Source: Candidatus Marinacidobacterales bacterium
Lineage (GTDB): Bacteria; Acidobacteriota; Vicinamibacteria; Marinacidobacterales; DATDRI01
Direction of reading: 5' to 3'
DNA length: 64,000 nt
Assembly (NCBI GenBank): GCA_965219415.1
Contig: CBDCNP010000002.1
Span: 1,344,001-1,408,000, forward strand
Shown here: in pieces, positions 1 through 10,626 of the stretch
Position numbering within the stretch: the stretch's first letter is position 1
How the letters are laid out: each line of letters opens with the position of its first letter
Position numbers and translations under genes: made by a program
The notes under the pieces: generated by a model
What the model was told of the DNA's origin: nothing
The model's database searches: none
The model's input: the letters and a program-made list of their open reading frames with translations, nothing else

Positions 1-10
1 ATCAAACGCC

Positions 11-415
11 ATGCTGTACTCCGAAGCCGACGTCGATAAGGCCGCGGTCGAGGCTTTGATCGAAGGCGCATACATCAACGGCGCTTTCAACGACCTCGAC
101 ACCGAAGCGATGCGTGCCGGTTTCCATCCGGTTTTCAAAATCCATGGGGTTAGGGATGGTGCTCTTGGTGAGTACCCGATCGATGACTGGATCGCTAGCA
201 TCGACAAGAAAAAAGCGGCGCCCGACTTCGATCCCGCGGATCAAAAGTGGGATCACAAGTTCGTCTTCGTGGATGTCACTGGAAACGCCGCCGTCGCAAA
301 GATCGAGCTCTTCAAGGACTCGATGCACGTCTATTCCGACTACCTTTCGCTGCTGAAGTTCGGCGACGGCTGGTTGATTACCGATAAGGTCTACTTCCGC
401 CACGGGGATACCTAA
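11..415 (+). CDS. NTF2-like (putative lumazine-binding) protein; may start upstream of the window
   Basis: FHP motif, 'VDVTGNAAVAKIEL...YSDYLSLLK...WLITDKVY' typical of the lumazine-binding/NTF2 family. Confidence 0.8.
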   Translation: MLYSEADVDKAAVEALIEGAYINGAFNDLDTEAMRAGFHPVFKIHGVRDGALGEYPIDDWIASIDKKKAAPDFDPADQKWDHKFVFVDVTGNAAVAKIELFKDSMHVYSDYLSLLKFGDGWLITDKVYFRHGDT

Positions 416-428
416 TCGCGGCGTTGAC

Positions 429-463
429 AAAGGGGAGCGACCGAGTTCGCTCCCCCTTTTTTT
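429..463 (+). terminator. Rho-independent terminator
   Basis: GGGGAGCGA-ccgagt-TCGCTCCCC stem followed by a T-tract just after the stop at 415. Confidence 0.85.
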
Positions 464-571
464 GCTTTCTCCGCCGCTTTGACACCTACCGGGGAGCATG
501 GCATTCTAGCCGATATCGATTCTACCATTCGAAATCAAAGCGCTCGTGCAAAACGAGCGAGTGTTCCGCTA

Positions 572-1504
572 ATGGTCTCCCTGTTTCGGCTCTTCCTCCT
601 GCGACCGGTGATTGTTCTATCATTCCTGGCAGGTTGCAGCCAAGGCGGCGGAGAGCCCTCCTCGGTAGCCGCAGAAAACGACACGCCCTCTCTCGCTCAT
701 CGGCCGCTTCTCACTTTGGCGTTCCGACAACCGATTGGTATCGTGATCACAAACCGGTACCGCCAGCCGCTGTTGGACTACCTTACCGAGCATACCTCTT
801 ATCGATTTCGGGCCGTGTTCAGTCGTGAGTCCGAGAGAACCGTGGGGATGCTCGAGCAGAGAATGGCGGAAATATCCCATTTGGGAGTGGTGAGCTATCT
901 GGAAGCGCACCGTCAATTTGGAGCGGTACCGCTGGTGAGGCCGTTGAACCGAGATCGCGAGGCGGTCTCTCGCAGCGTGTTCCTCACACGAAAGGACAGT
1001 CCTGTGAGAGGTCTAACCGATCTCGAAGAGCGCTCACTGGCTCTGGGAGCCTTTCACTCCACATTGAGCAACCTCATCCCCCGCCATGAGTTGATCCGCG
1101 CCGGTGTGCGCTTGGAGACTCTCAAAGACGTCGTGCATCTCGCCAACGACGAGGAGGTGGCGGCTACGGTTGCGGCGGGCCGCTTCGATGTGGGGGCGGT
1201 CGAGGATGTCGTTGGCGAAAGATATGTGGAAAAGGGCCTCCGCGTGCTCCACACTTCCGATCCCGTTCCCAGTGCGCCCCTAGTGATGCGCGACGACTTG
1301 CCGCGGCACGTCTCCGAGGCGTTACGGGAGGCGTTGTTGAAGCTCGATTTCAAAGAGTCGGACAGTCGGGAAGATTGGGACGAGGAGTTCCGCTACGGGT
1401 TCGCCCCCGCCAAGGACAGCGACTACCAACCGGTCCGAGAGATCATCGAGACCTCTCTTACACAATGCGCGAGCTCGTGCCACGGAGAGCTGGGAATCGA
1501 ATGA
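572..1504 (+). CDS. PhnD/SsuA-like phosphate/phosphonate substrate-binding lipoprotein
   Basis: Lipobox LAGC; 'SPVRGLTDL', 'STLSNLIPR', 'FDVGAV', 'GFAPAKDSDY' motifs; start moved to ATG 572. Confidence 0.8.
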   Translation: MVSLFRLFLLRPVIVLSFLAGCSQGGGEPSSVAAENDTPSLAHRPLLTLAFRQPIGIVITNRYRQPLLDYLTEHTSYRFRAVFSRESERTVGMLEQRMAEISHLGVVSYLEAHRQFGAVPLVRPLNRDREAVSRSVFLTRKDSPVRGLTDLEERSLALGAFHSTLSNLIPRHELIRAGVRLETLKDVVHLANDEEVAATVAAGRFDVGAVEDVVGERYVEKGLRVLHTSDPVPSAPLVMRDDLPRHVSEALREALLKLDFKESDSREDWDEEFRYGFAPAKDSDYQPVREIIETSLTQCASSCHGELGIE

Positions 1505-3280
1505 ACGCTTTCAAGCGACGCGCCACCGCCCTCCTCTCGCTGGCAACGACTCCCTTGCTCCTGTTCATCTCGTCGGCCATCGACATATACGTGAAGAACC
1601 AAAACCTGATGCAATACCAGTACGAAGTGTTGGCGCCGTTCGTCAAGCTTTCCATTCGTGACGATGTTCGTTGGCGTCCTCATTAGCGCCCTGTCCAAAT
1701 ACTGGCGGGCCTTCTCCTACGTCCTTTGGGCGTACTACGTAGCGGGCCCAGTTTTTCTCGTCTTCGCCTTCTTTCGCCCACTCCAATTTGTAGTGCCGGG
1801 CCTTTCACTTTGTGTACCAAACGGCGGCGGGCCTCACATTTTGGGCGATCTTGCTCCTCGTGGCGACGGTCGTCCTGGGGCGCCGGATGAGCCCGAAGGC
1901 TGCCATCCCCGCCTTCGCGGTTTTCGCATTCGCCTTGCTCGCCTTTGAGGGTGAGACGCTGCTCTACAATGTCCTACTGCAACCAGACGCGACACCGAAG
2001 GCGGTCGACAAGCGCGAACACTCGTCGGTGAACCCTTCCCGGCCTCTTCCCAACATCTACCACCTCATCTTCGATGGCTATCAGACCGATTTGCTCGAGC
2101 ACACTCTGTCCCCCGAATCAGAAGAGGCCTTGGGCGGGTTCGTCTACTTCCCGAAGAACACCGCCGTCTGGCCCTACACACCGGTATCGTTGGCAACGAT
2201 CTTTTCCGGCAGACGTTATTCTACGACCGACGGCGCGAAGACTACGTCAGGGCTGCGTTCGATTCCCGTGCCTCATTTGTCTACTGGCTCAAGTTGCAGG
2301 GATACGAGACGGTGGCCTACGTCCCCAACTCGTGGGAGGGGCGGGAGGCTTTTTTCGATCGCATGGTGCATCATGGAACCGCCGCCAGGGCCGAGCTCCT
2401 TACTCTGAACACAGAATCGCTTTGGAACACGTGGCTCTACAGTAATACTCCCGCTCCGTTGCGACCCACGCTCAGGCGTACCACTTGGTTCTCTGGCCTC
2501 GACGAAGAGGATTGGGACCGACTCGGGCGGCAGAGACTGCTTCCCCAGTCTGCTCCCGTGATCTCCTATCTCGGATTTCAAGGAATGCTGGCAGAGGAAG
2601 CGGCGCAATCTTCGTCGGGCCGGTACACCGTCGTGCACGTGTTGATTCCGCACGACCCTACCAAGCTGCGGGCCGATTGCACCTACGGCGTGGGATCCTC
2701 AAAGACCGGAGTCATCGACCAGTCTCGATGCGCGCTGAAAATGATCCTAGACTTCCTCGATCTCCTCAAGGACTTGGGCCGCTTCGACGACGCCCTCATT
2801 CTTGTCCACGGCGACCACGGAGGTTTCTATCGCACCAGGAACGGTGCGTTGGTGACGAAGGCCCGGTCCCGATCCCTGAACACTGTCCTTCTCATCAAAC
2901 CGGTGGCAGTGTCTGATGACGGCAGGGTCGAATTCATGGAACTAAGTACCAGCCTCTTGGACATCCCTTCGATTGTCATCGGATCGGTTGTGGACGCAGA
3001 CTCTGATCGGCCCAGCCTGGCGCCATGGGATCGTCGGCGCGCGTTCGTGCCGCTCCTCGAAGGTGAGCGGCTGGAGTCCGCCCGGCTCATTCTCGAACAG
3101 CAAGGCTTCCTGCTCGGAAGGGTCGACAAGGTCTATCGCGATGGCTATCCAGCCGGGACGGTGGTCTCCCAAGTCCCTCCTGCTTACGAAGGGTCGGGTG
3201 ACACCGAGGAAATCGCGGTGGTCATCTCCTTGGGTGCTCAAGACGGAGGACGGGCTCCACACGCGGATGCTGACAACTGA
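1501..3280 (+). pseudogene. Membrane sulfatase/alkaline-phosphatase-like protein with C-terminal PASTA domain, three frameshifts
   Basis: TM helices, 'PNIYHLIFDGY', 'HVLIPHDP', 'HGDHG', PASTA-like 'VPLLEG...GTVVSQVPP...VVISLG'; frame changes near 1657, 1812, 2220. Confidence 0.7.
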
Positions 3281-3324
3281 GGCTTATACGCCCCGCTCTC
3301 GCGCATCTTTAATTTTGGTCGGGT

Positions 3325-4305
3325 CTACTCCGGTAGATATTTCTTCGGAAACTTGGCCAACACGGTGTACGCGGGATCGACGATGTTGGCCACGCTGCTC
3401 TCCGCCAATTCCCCGAGCAGAAGGTAGGCGTCCAAACGTCCGAATCCGTAGTCCTCTTCCAACCACTCAATGAGCTCCACGTGCGCCAGGCGAAACGCAT
3501 CGATGAGCGGCCGGGCGCTCCCCGCCACCATGATGTAGTTGTCGTCCTCGAGGCGCGGCCAATCGATCTTCTGGCCCTTGATCAAATCGATCTCGAGAAT
3601 GACGTCCATGGAAGTTTCGAGCCCGGTGCCACTCACCTCGCCTTGGCCTTGCCGAGCGTGCCCGTCCCCGAAGTAGAAATAGGCTCCGTCGTGAAAAATG
3701 GGTAGGTAGACCGTCGTCCCCGGCCGCACCTCGGGGGCATCCAAGTTTCCGCCGAAGTCGCCCGGCCAGAGGCCGCCGAAGGCCTCCTCGCCTCTCGGCG
3801 CCACCGCCACTCGGCCCAGCATGGGCTTGAGCTCAATCTCGATCTCCTTCATCCTGCTATCCGGAAGCTGAGTAGTGCCGGTCATCTTCTCTCGATCCAA
3901 GCGCCAAACGTAGCGACGCGGTGTGATGCGCTCGTTCAAGAGCACCACCGTCTTATCCATCGCCAAACCCCCGAAGTCGGAGTAAAGGCGCGAGGCCGCG
4001 AGGTCGTGATTGGGCTCGACTTTGATCACGCGAACCACCAGGGTGTCCTCGGTAGTGGCGCCGTCGATGTAGAAAGGACCCACTTCTCCCGGAAAGTCGC
4101 CACCCTCCTCGGTGTAGTAAGCGCCGAAGTTGGTGTTCGAGACGAGTCTCGTTCCCGGCTTCAAATGCATGACCGGCTCACGAACCGCGTAGGTGGGGTG
4201 CCCCACCGTGGGGGTGAAGTGGACGGTGTTTTCCTGTGCCTGCACCGGCGCGACCAATACCAGAAGACCCAAGACGAACCAGAAAGACGATCCTATGAAG
4301 CGCAT
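3325..4305 (-). CDS. Acetamidase/formamidase family protein (secreted)
   Basis: 'GGNLD...GTTVYLPI...GAYFYFGDGHARQGQGEVSGTGLE' motif; signal peptide. Confidence 0.9.
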   Translation of the reverse strand: MRFIGSSFWFVLGLLVLVAPVQAQENTVHFTPTVGHPTYAVREPVMHLKPGTRLVSNTNFGAYYTEEGGDFPGEVGPFYIDGATTEDTLVVRVIKVEPNHDLAASRLYSDFGGLAMDKTVVLLNERITPRRYVWRLDREKMTGTTQLPDSRMKEIEIELKPMLGRVAVAPRGEEAFGGLWPGDFGGNLDAPEVRPGTTVYLPIFHDGAYFYFGDGHARQGQGEVSGTGLETSMDVILEIDLIKGQKIDWPRLEDDNYIMVAGSARPLIDAFRLAHVELIEWLEEDYGFGRLDAYLLLGELAESSVANIVDPAYTVLAKFPKKYLPE

Positions 4306-4329
4306 TAGAAGAACTCCTTTCTCGACCCT

Positions 4330-5586
4330 CTACTTCGAGTGTTTGATGACGTCCCCGTCTTTCATCACGAAGTGCACATCGCGCAAGGTGTGAATATTCT
4401 CCAAGGATTCTCCGGCGTAGCCACGATGTCCGCGGCGAGGCCCGCTTTCACCGCACCCCGCTCGTCGTCAATCCACAAGAGCTCGGCAACGTTGGTGGTC
4501 ATGCATTTCAGGATCTTCGGCGCTGGGATCCCGGCCTCGATCCACACGTCCAGGTAGTCCAACATCTTGTCGAGTCGGGTGCGACCCGGCGTATCAACCA
4601 CCACGTCTGTCCCGAAGGCCATCTTCACGCCCACACGGTGGGCTCGTCGTAGCCGATCGAGAATGGTGTTGGCGGTCTCCTTTTGATCGCGAGGAAGCGT
4701 TTGGCCCGCTTGCATGAGATGCTCGTACGGAAAGTCTGTTCCTACCAACACGGTTCCTTTTTCCTTCATGAGTCGAAGAATTTCATCAGACAATCGAAAC
4801 CCATGCTCTATGGAGTCGGCGCCACCGAGGATAACGCTCCTGGCGGCATCGTCGATATAGACGTGGACTCCGACGGTGATCCCGGCCCCATGTGCCTCCT
4901 CGACTCCGGCACGGATCTCCTCCTCGGAGTAGTGAAAAGCGCTATTGTCGGCAACCATCTTGATCGCGTTGGCTCCGTAATAGATGTTTTGCCGTACCGC
5001 CTTGCGGATCTCGTCCGGAGTGTCGGCATCGAAATACTCGTAGTGCCAAAAGGGCCCCTGCTCCGGCGCGATGCGGTAGGACTGTCCTCCGAACGGGGCG
5101 ATGATCTTCCCCGCATTGAAGATGGTGGGTCCTCTTACCCAACCCTTGGCCTCAGCCTGCCGCACCGCGGTCATGGCAAAGTCGCCTTCGTTGCCGATGT
5201 CCCGCACGGTGGTAAAACGACCCTCCAGCAGAACCCGCCCATGATGAATCGCGCGCCGTACGAAAGGCAGTGCTTTCTTTGAGCAGGTAGATCTCCCAAA
5301 GGGACTCACCCGGTGGGGCGGGTGGCAGGCCCATGGCGAGATGGGTGTGTGCATCCATCAAGCCCGGAAACACCCATGCGTCGCTCAGGTCGACGACTTT
5401 GGCGCCTTCGGGGATCTTGACTGACGGGCCCACCTCGACGATCTTCCCGCCCCGAACCAGAACCATTTCATCGTCGGTCACCCGGCCGTTCGCCGGGTCG
5501 ACCAAATGGCCGGCGCGGATGACCACCGTATCGGCGAGCATCGGCGTGGAAAGTACCAGGAGTAACGCTACCAAACTTCCAAGCAT
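4330..5586 (-). pseudogene. Amidohydrolase (Xaa-Pro dipeptidase-like), two frameshifts
   Basis: 'PGLMDAHTH', 'FTTVRD', 'SIEHG', 'AFGTD', 'ADIVA'; frame changes near 5250 and 4405; C-terminus 'VHFVMKDG' in another frame. Confidence 0.85.
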
Positions 5587-5676
5587 CCGTCTCCTCCTGG
5601 AATGCGGCACGGCGCGGAGTCTATCACAGCCGTGAACGCTGTCGGAACGGGCCAGTTGATGTAACCTGAGCCCAAC

Positions 5677-6744
5677 ATGCAGCAACTCGGGACTCAGCTA
5701 CGGTCGCCGGCGCTCGTCGGTCTCTGCGTTTGCGTCGCCCTCGTCGGGGCCGGTGCCTGCCATCGAGCCGGGGATGCCCCCAGCTCTTACACCTTCGAAG
5801 GCTCGACCATGGGAACGACGTTTACGGTCAAGGTCGTGGCGGACAACCTGACAGAAGCGACAGAAATCCGGCTCCAGCGTTTAATCGAAGACGAGCTTCG
5901 GGCCGTCAACGATAAGATGTCGCACTATCTCGACGATTCCGAGCTCTCGCGATTCAATCGCTCCCGGGAGACGACACCCTTCGTCATCTCTCAGTCAACG
6001 CTCGAAGTATTTCGCCATGCGGTAGAGGTGAGCGCCTTGACGGGAGGCGCATTCGACATCACGGCTGGTCCACTGGTCAACGTCTGGGGTTTCGGTGCAG
6101 AGGAGCGCTCGGAGACGCTGCCTTCGGATGCCGAGGTCGCTCAGGCACTCCAGCGCTCCGGCTATGACATGCTTGAAATCGACCTTGACAGTTCGACCGT
6201 CCGCAAGACGACGCCCGATCTTTACTGCGATCTCTCCGCCATCGCCAAAGGATATGGCGTCGACCGTGTGGCAGAGAGGCTAGAAGGTGATGGGCTCACG
6301 AACTACATGGTCGAAGTCGGCGGTGAGGTTCGAACGCGCGGCACCAACGCTTCTGGAAACGCTTGGCGCATCGCTATCGAACAACCGGTCCCTGGACAGC
6401 GAGCCGTTCAAAGGATCGTCCCGCTGAACGGTATGGCCCTGGCCACCTCTGGCGGTTACCGGAACTTCTACGAAGTCGATGGCACTCGCTTCTCCCACAC
6501 CATCGATCCTCGAACCGGTCGGCCCATTACCCACCGCTTGGCTTCGGTGAGCGTCGTGGATGAACTCGGCGTTCGCGCCGATGCCTTGGCCACCGGACTT
6601 CTCGTCCTGGGTCCAGAGAAGGGTTTCAAGCTCGCCGTCGGTCGGAACCTTGCCGCTCTCTTCCTGATCGAGGAAGAAGGAGGAGGGCTCCGAGAGTTGG
6701 CCACCCCTGCCTTCCAACGCCTCTTGGACGTAGCACTGCACTGA
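5677..6744 (+). CDS. apbE: FAD:protein FMN transferase
   Basis: 'TMGT', 'GAFDIT', 'DLSAIAKGYGVD', 'ATSGGYRN', 'SHTIDPRTG', 'ADALAT'. Confidence 0.95.
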   Translation: MQQLGTQLRSPALVGLCVCVALVGAGACHRAGDAPSSYTFEGSTMGTTFTVKVVADNLTEATEIRLQRLIEDELRAVNDKMSHYLDDSELSRFNRSRETTPFVISQSTLEVFRHAVEVSALTGGAFDITAGPLVNVWGFGAEERSETLPSDAEVAQALQRSGYDMLEIDLDSSTVRKTTPDLYCDLSAIAKGYGVDRVAERLEGDGLTNYMVEVGGEVRTRGTNASGNAWRIAIEQPVPGQRAVQRIVPLNGMALATSGGYRNFYEVDGTRFSHTIDPRTGRPITHRLASVSVVDELGVRADALATGLLVLGPEKGFKLAVGRNLAALFLIEEEGGGLRELATPAFQRLLDVALH

Positions 6745-6783
6745 AACCACCCCGCTCCCTGTCGTAGGCTCAGCTTTCCTGAC

Positions 6784-7248
6784 TCACCGCACATGGAGTC
6801 GAGGATCTAGATCGGGCAACCCGCTCGCGGTGATGTCATATTTGTAGCAAGTCTCATCGGCGTTCTTCTTGACCACCACAGCGATGATCCCCGTCCCTGG
6901 CTCGCCGTTTTCGGCTCCCTCCACATTCCGGTCCTCCAGTCGTCCACGAAGGGGAGGTCGGTTCATTTTTTTTAGGTTTGTACACTCATCGCCCGACGTT
7001 GTACCGATTTGAAAGTTCGTCAGTTCCACCGCCTTCTCGTCCGTGTAGTGGTTTTCGATCCACGACACGATCGCCTGCCTTCTCGAAGCGCTGACCTCAC
7101 CCTTGTCGATTTCGATCTTCCCCCCGGCCAGCGTGATCTTGGCGAGCGGTGGAGGCGGCACCAGAGCCGGTAATCCTGGAGCCCACGCGAGAACGAACCC
7201 TGCGCAGAAAACGGTCGCCATCAGCCTCAAAATTCTCAGTGTCTTCAT
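6784..7248 (-). CDS. Small secreted hypothetical protein
   Basis: Signal peptide, two mature Cys, C-terminal 'YKYDI...LDPRLHVR'; RBS GGAGG; directly downstream of kinase. Confidence 0.75.
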   Translation of the reverse strand: MKTLRILRLMATVFCAGFVLAWAPGLPALVPPPPLAKITLAGGKIEIDKGEVSASRRQAIVSWIENHYTDEKAVELTNFQIGTTSGDECTNLKKMNRPPLRGRLEDRNVEGAENGEPGTGIIAVVVKKNADETCYKYDITASGLPDLDPRLHVR

Positions 7249-7265
7249 AGAGCGTCCCTCCTCCT

Positions 7266-9867
7266 TTAGCCAGTTGTTTGGCCATCCACCAGTTCTTTGA
7301 ACGCTGGCAGCTCCCAGAGCGTAGCCAGGTCCTCATCCTCACGTACTTCTGTCACGCTGTATCCATGAGCGATCGCGTCTTTCAAGGCGACCATCGCCTC
7401 CTCTGTCTGACCGGTGAGCGCGTACACAACGGCTTTGCTGTAAAGCGCCTGGCTATCCTCGGGTGCCAGTTCGACGGCTTCGGCGGCAAGACGTAACGCC
7501 TCGGCGGTTCGCCCCAGCTTCGCTTCGACGACGGCAAGCATTTCCATCGCTCGCACATCATTAGGATTCACCGCAAGCCGGTTACGGTCGAGCTCCGCCG
7601 ATGTAAGGTAAGACTTGCGGGCATCCTGCGGGCGATTCAATTTCTGAAGAGCGTCTCCCAGATTGCGATGGTGATTCGACGAGCTCGGATCGAGCTTTAG
7701 CGCCTCCTCATAGGACTGCGCCGCCTTCGAGAACTTGCCCTGGCGATAGTAGATCGTCCCCAAGTTGGAGTGAGCCGCCCAGGCAGGCCCTTGCTCGATG
7801 GCCTTCAAGTAATTCGGCACCGCTCGATCGAGGTCCCCCATCATGTGATAGGTGACTCCGAGTGTTTGAAATCCAACGGGCAAGTCCGGCTGAAGCTCGG
7901 TCACGCGTTGAAAGGCAAGCGCGGCATCTGCCAATTTTCCAGCATTCAGGTACGCGCGGCCAAGCGAGTAATAGTGCCCCCAGAAGTTGAGTCGGATCGC
8001 GATGGCTCGACGAAACTCCTCGGCGGCATCGTCGATTCGGCCACTCCCGGCGAGAATCTCTCCGAGCAGCCGGTACGAATCGTCGCTGTTGGGCTGTAGC
8101 GTAAGGGTTCGGTGAAGCTCCTCCACCGCCTCATCCGTTCGCCCCGATCCCTCGTAGATGACTGCCAAGGTATAAGTCACCGAGGGATGATCGGGGTCCA
8201 AGCGACGCGCCTCTTCGGCGGCGATACGAGCCTTGTCCGCCCAGCGTGAGTCGGTGGTCTGTTCGAATTGGGCCCAATAGGCCTCGCCCAATCCGGCATG
8301 CGCCTGAACGAAGTTGGGGTCTTTGGCCAGAGCGCTCTCGAAAAGTGCAACGGCCCGCTCGAGGTTATCGGCGTCGTGGGGCCGGTCCAGGAAGTCACGG
8401 CCCTGAGAAAACTCCGCGAAGGCGTCTATGTTCGACGTAGGAGAGACCTCGAGTCGTCGCGCCTCGGTGGGTGTCAGGTTTAGATGAAGTGCCCGAGTGA
8501 GACCACTGGCTAGCTTCCGCTGAAGCTCGAAGAGCTCACTAAGCTTTCCGTCGTACTCCCCGCCCCAAACCACCGAATCGTTAGAGCGAACGAGGTTGAC
8601 GGTGACGTGAAGCAAGTCATCTAAACGCTGCACCGAGCCGTTCACGACAAAGGAGGCTCGAGAGATTGGCGGGTGAACTCTCCGAGCATCCGACTTTGGG
8701 CAGGTTCACTTCGAGTGTGGATACTCGTACGGGAATCGACCAGCGGCGTTCACCGGCGAGCATACCTTACCGCAAGGCAGCGGTCGCCGCGGGTCTGCTA
8801 ACCGTGGCGGCGGCGGTGTGGTTGATAGTCGCGGGTGAGATACGCATGCCCGGTCGTGGTAAAGATGGACCTCCGGTGATTGCGGTGCTTCCTTTGGCTA
8901 ACGTTAGCGGCGGTCCGACGATCGAGCACGTTGGGGTGGGGATTGCGCACACCCTCATCACCAAGCTGTCGGCCATACCGTCGGTAACCATGATCTCCCG
9001 GTCCGCCACCCTCGAGTACATCGGGGAGAGTCAGGACACACGAAGGGTCGCCAAAGACCTCGGCGCCTCTCCGAGCTCCCTCGCCGACTGTTGACGTTGC
9101 TGAGGTTCTGGAGACATTGCCCGGGACACCACCGCGCTCAGCTCCTCCGGGATACTCGCGTCGAAATCCGTGACCCCGTGGAGTGTGCTTCTTCATCGCT
9201 TCGAGCGTCCAATCCTTCGAATCCCGATCTTCGAAAGGCCAGCGCCCGGTCAGGAGCTGGAACAAGACGACTGCCAGGCTGAAGAGGTCGGAGCGGTGGT
9301 CAGCGCGGTAGCCCAACATTTGTTCCGGGGCCATATAGGCTGGCGTTCCGACGACGCGTCCGTCGGTGGTGGCCGAGACGTCCTGCGCAGCAGGCGCCTT
9401 TGCCAGGCCGAAATCTAGAATCTTAGCCTTGCCGTCAGGGGTCAGCAGGATGTTCGCTGGTTTTAGATCCCGATGAATGATTTCGTGCGCGTGTGCTTCC
9501 GCCAGCGCACTGGTTAGCTGGATACTTATGTCGATGACTTGCTCCGGGGAGAGTCGACCGCGAAGGACCCGTCGCGCTAGCGTCTCTCCCGCCACGTATT
9601 CCATGACGATGATGGACTGCTCGCCGTCATCTATAACATCGTAAACAACCGCGATGTTCGGATGGTTCAGAATGGCCGCTGCCTGGGCCTCACGAAGGAT
9701 CTGTCGTCGCGCTTCGGGAGTCGACAGTTGTGAACCGCTGAGACGCTTGAGAGCGACTTTGCGATGGAGTCGGGTATCCTCGGAGAGATACACTTCGCCC
9801 ATCCCACCAATGCCCAATTGTCGAAGAATGCGGTATGGGCCCAATGGTCGAGATATCCATTGTCCAT
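7266..9867 (-). pseudogene. Membrane Ser/Thr kinase with TolB-like and TPR domains, disrupted by an internal inversion and frameshifts
   Basis: GxGGMGEVY, VALK, HRDLKPAN, DFG, GTPAYMAPE on minus strand; TPR part 7266-8650; middle TM segment on the plus strand; frame changes near 9845 and 9175. Confidence 0.9.
8653..9069. other. Inverted segment within kinase gene (linker, TM helix, start of TolB-like domain)
   Basis: Plus-strand ORF 'LERLAGELSEHPT...TM...VIAVLPLANVSG...AKDLGA' joins the minus-strand flanks 'SARELGEA' and 'SFVVNGSVQR'; GAGGC/GCCTC at the ends. Confidence 0.9.
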
Positions 9868-9967
9868 CTCCCGCTAGGAATGTAGCAGTACCGGTCTACC
9901 TGGTCAAAGCGAAAATCCTCTTCCCTCCCAGATTGGAGGTCGGCAGGTTCCGCCGAAAGTCGCTAGA

Positions 9968-10159
9968 ATGGACTTAGCCATGGGCGTGTTCCTTATCACC
10001 GTTCTGTTCATCGGCCTGGCGATGCTCGCCATGGCGGTGGGTGTGCTCCTCAGCAACCGCTGTCTCCGCGGCTCCTGCGGAGGAGAAGCTGCCCTCGGTC
10101 CCGATGGCGAGTCCCTGACCTGCGAAACCTGTCCGATGCGTAAGGAAAGCAACGCTTAA
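9968..10159 (+). CDS. nqrM: NqrM/DUF539-like small Cys-rich membrane protein
   Basis: TM helix then 'MAVGV...LRGSCGG...CETCP'. Confidence 0.7.
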   Translation: MDLAMGVFLITVLFIGLAMLAMAVGVLLSNRCLRGSCGGEAALGPDGESLTCETCPMRKESNA

Positions 10160-10172
10160 TAGGAGTGCACTC

Positions 10173-10616
10173 ATGGGAAAAACGATTGGCGAAATCATCG
10201 AAGGGCGTTCGGACTATTACTTCGTGCTGGGAAGTGATTCTGTTCGGAAGGCCTGCGAGTACATGACCGCGCACAAGGTAGGAGCGGTTGCCGTCCAAGA
10301 CGACGACGGGAATTGCTGTGGGGTCTTCTCGGAGCGCGACCTACTCAATCGGGTCGTGGCTAGGGACGTCAATCCCAAATCCACCCAAGTGAGTGAGGTG
10401 ATGAGCCCCGATCTGGTGACGGCGCGCCAGGAAGAGACTTGCCTAGTGGCGGCGGAACGGATGAAAGACCACGCGACTCGGCACCTTCTGGTGTTGGACG
10501 GCAACGATTACTCGGGTATGGTGACTCAATCCGACCTCACTCGAGCCTTCTTCGATGAAGTGAGCGAGGAGAGAGACCTGCTGAAGCACTACGCCTTCCC
10601 GGAGCTACCGAGTTAG
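10173..10616 (+). CDS. CBS-domain protein
   Basis: 'VGAVAV...GVFSERDLLNRVV...VSEVM...RHLLV...GMVTQSDL'. Confidence 0.9.
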   Translation: MGKTIGEIIEGRSDYYFVLGSDSVRKACEYMTAHKVGAVAVQDDDGNCCGVFSERDLLNRVVARDVNPKSTQVSEVMSPDLVTARQEETCLVAAERMKDHATRHLLVLDGNDYSGMVTQSDLTRAFFDEVSEERDLLKHYAFPELPS

Positions 10617-10626
10617 ATTGTCGAGG

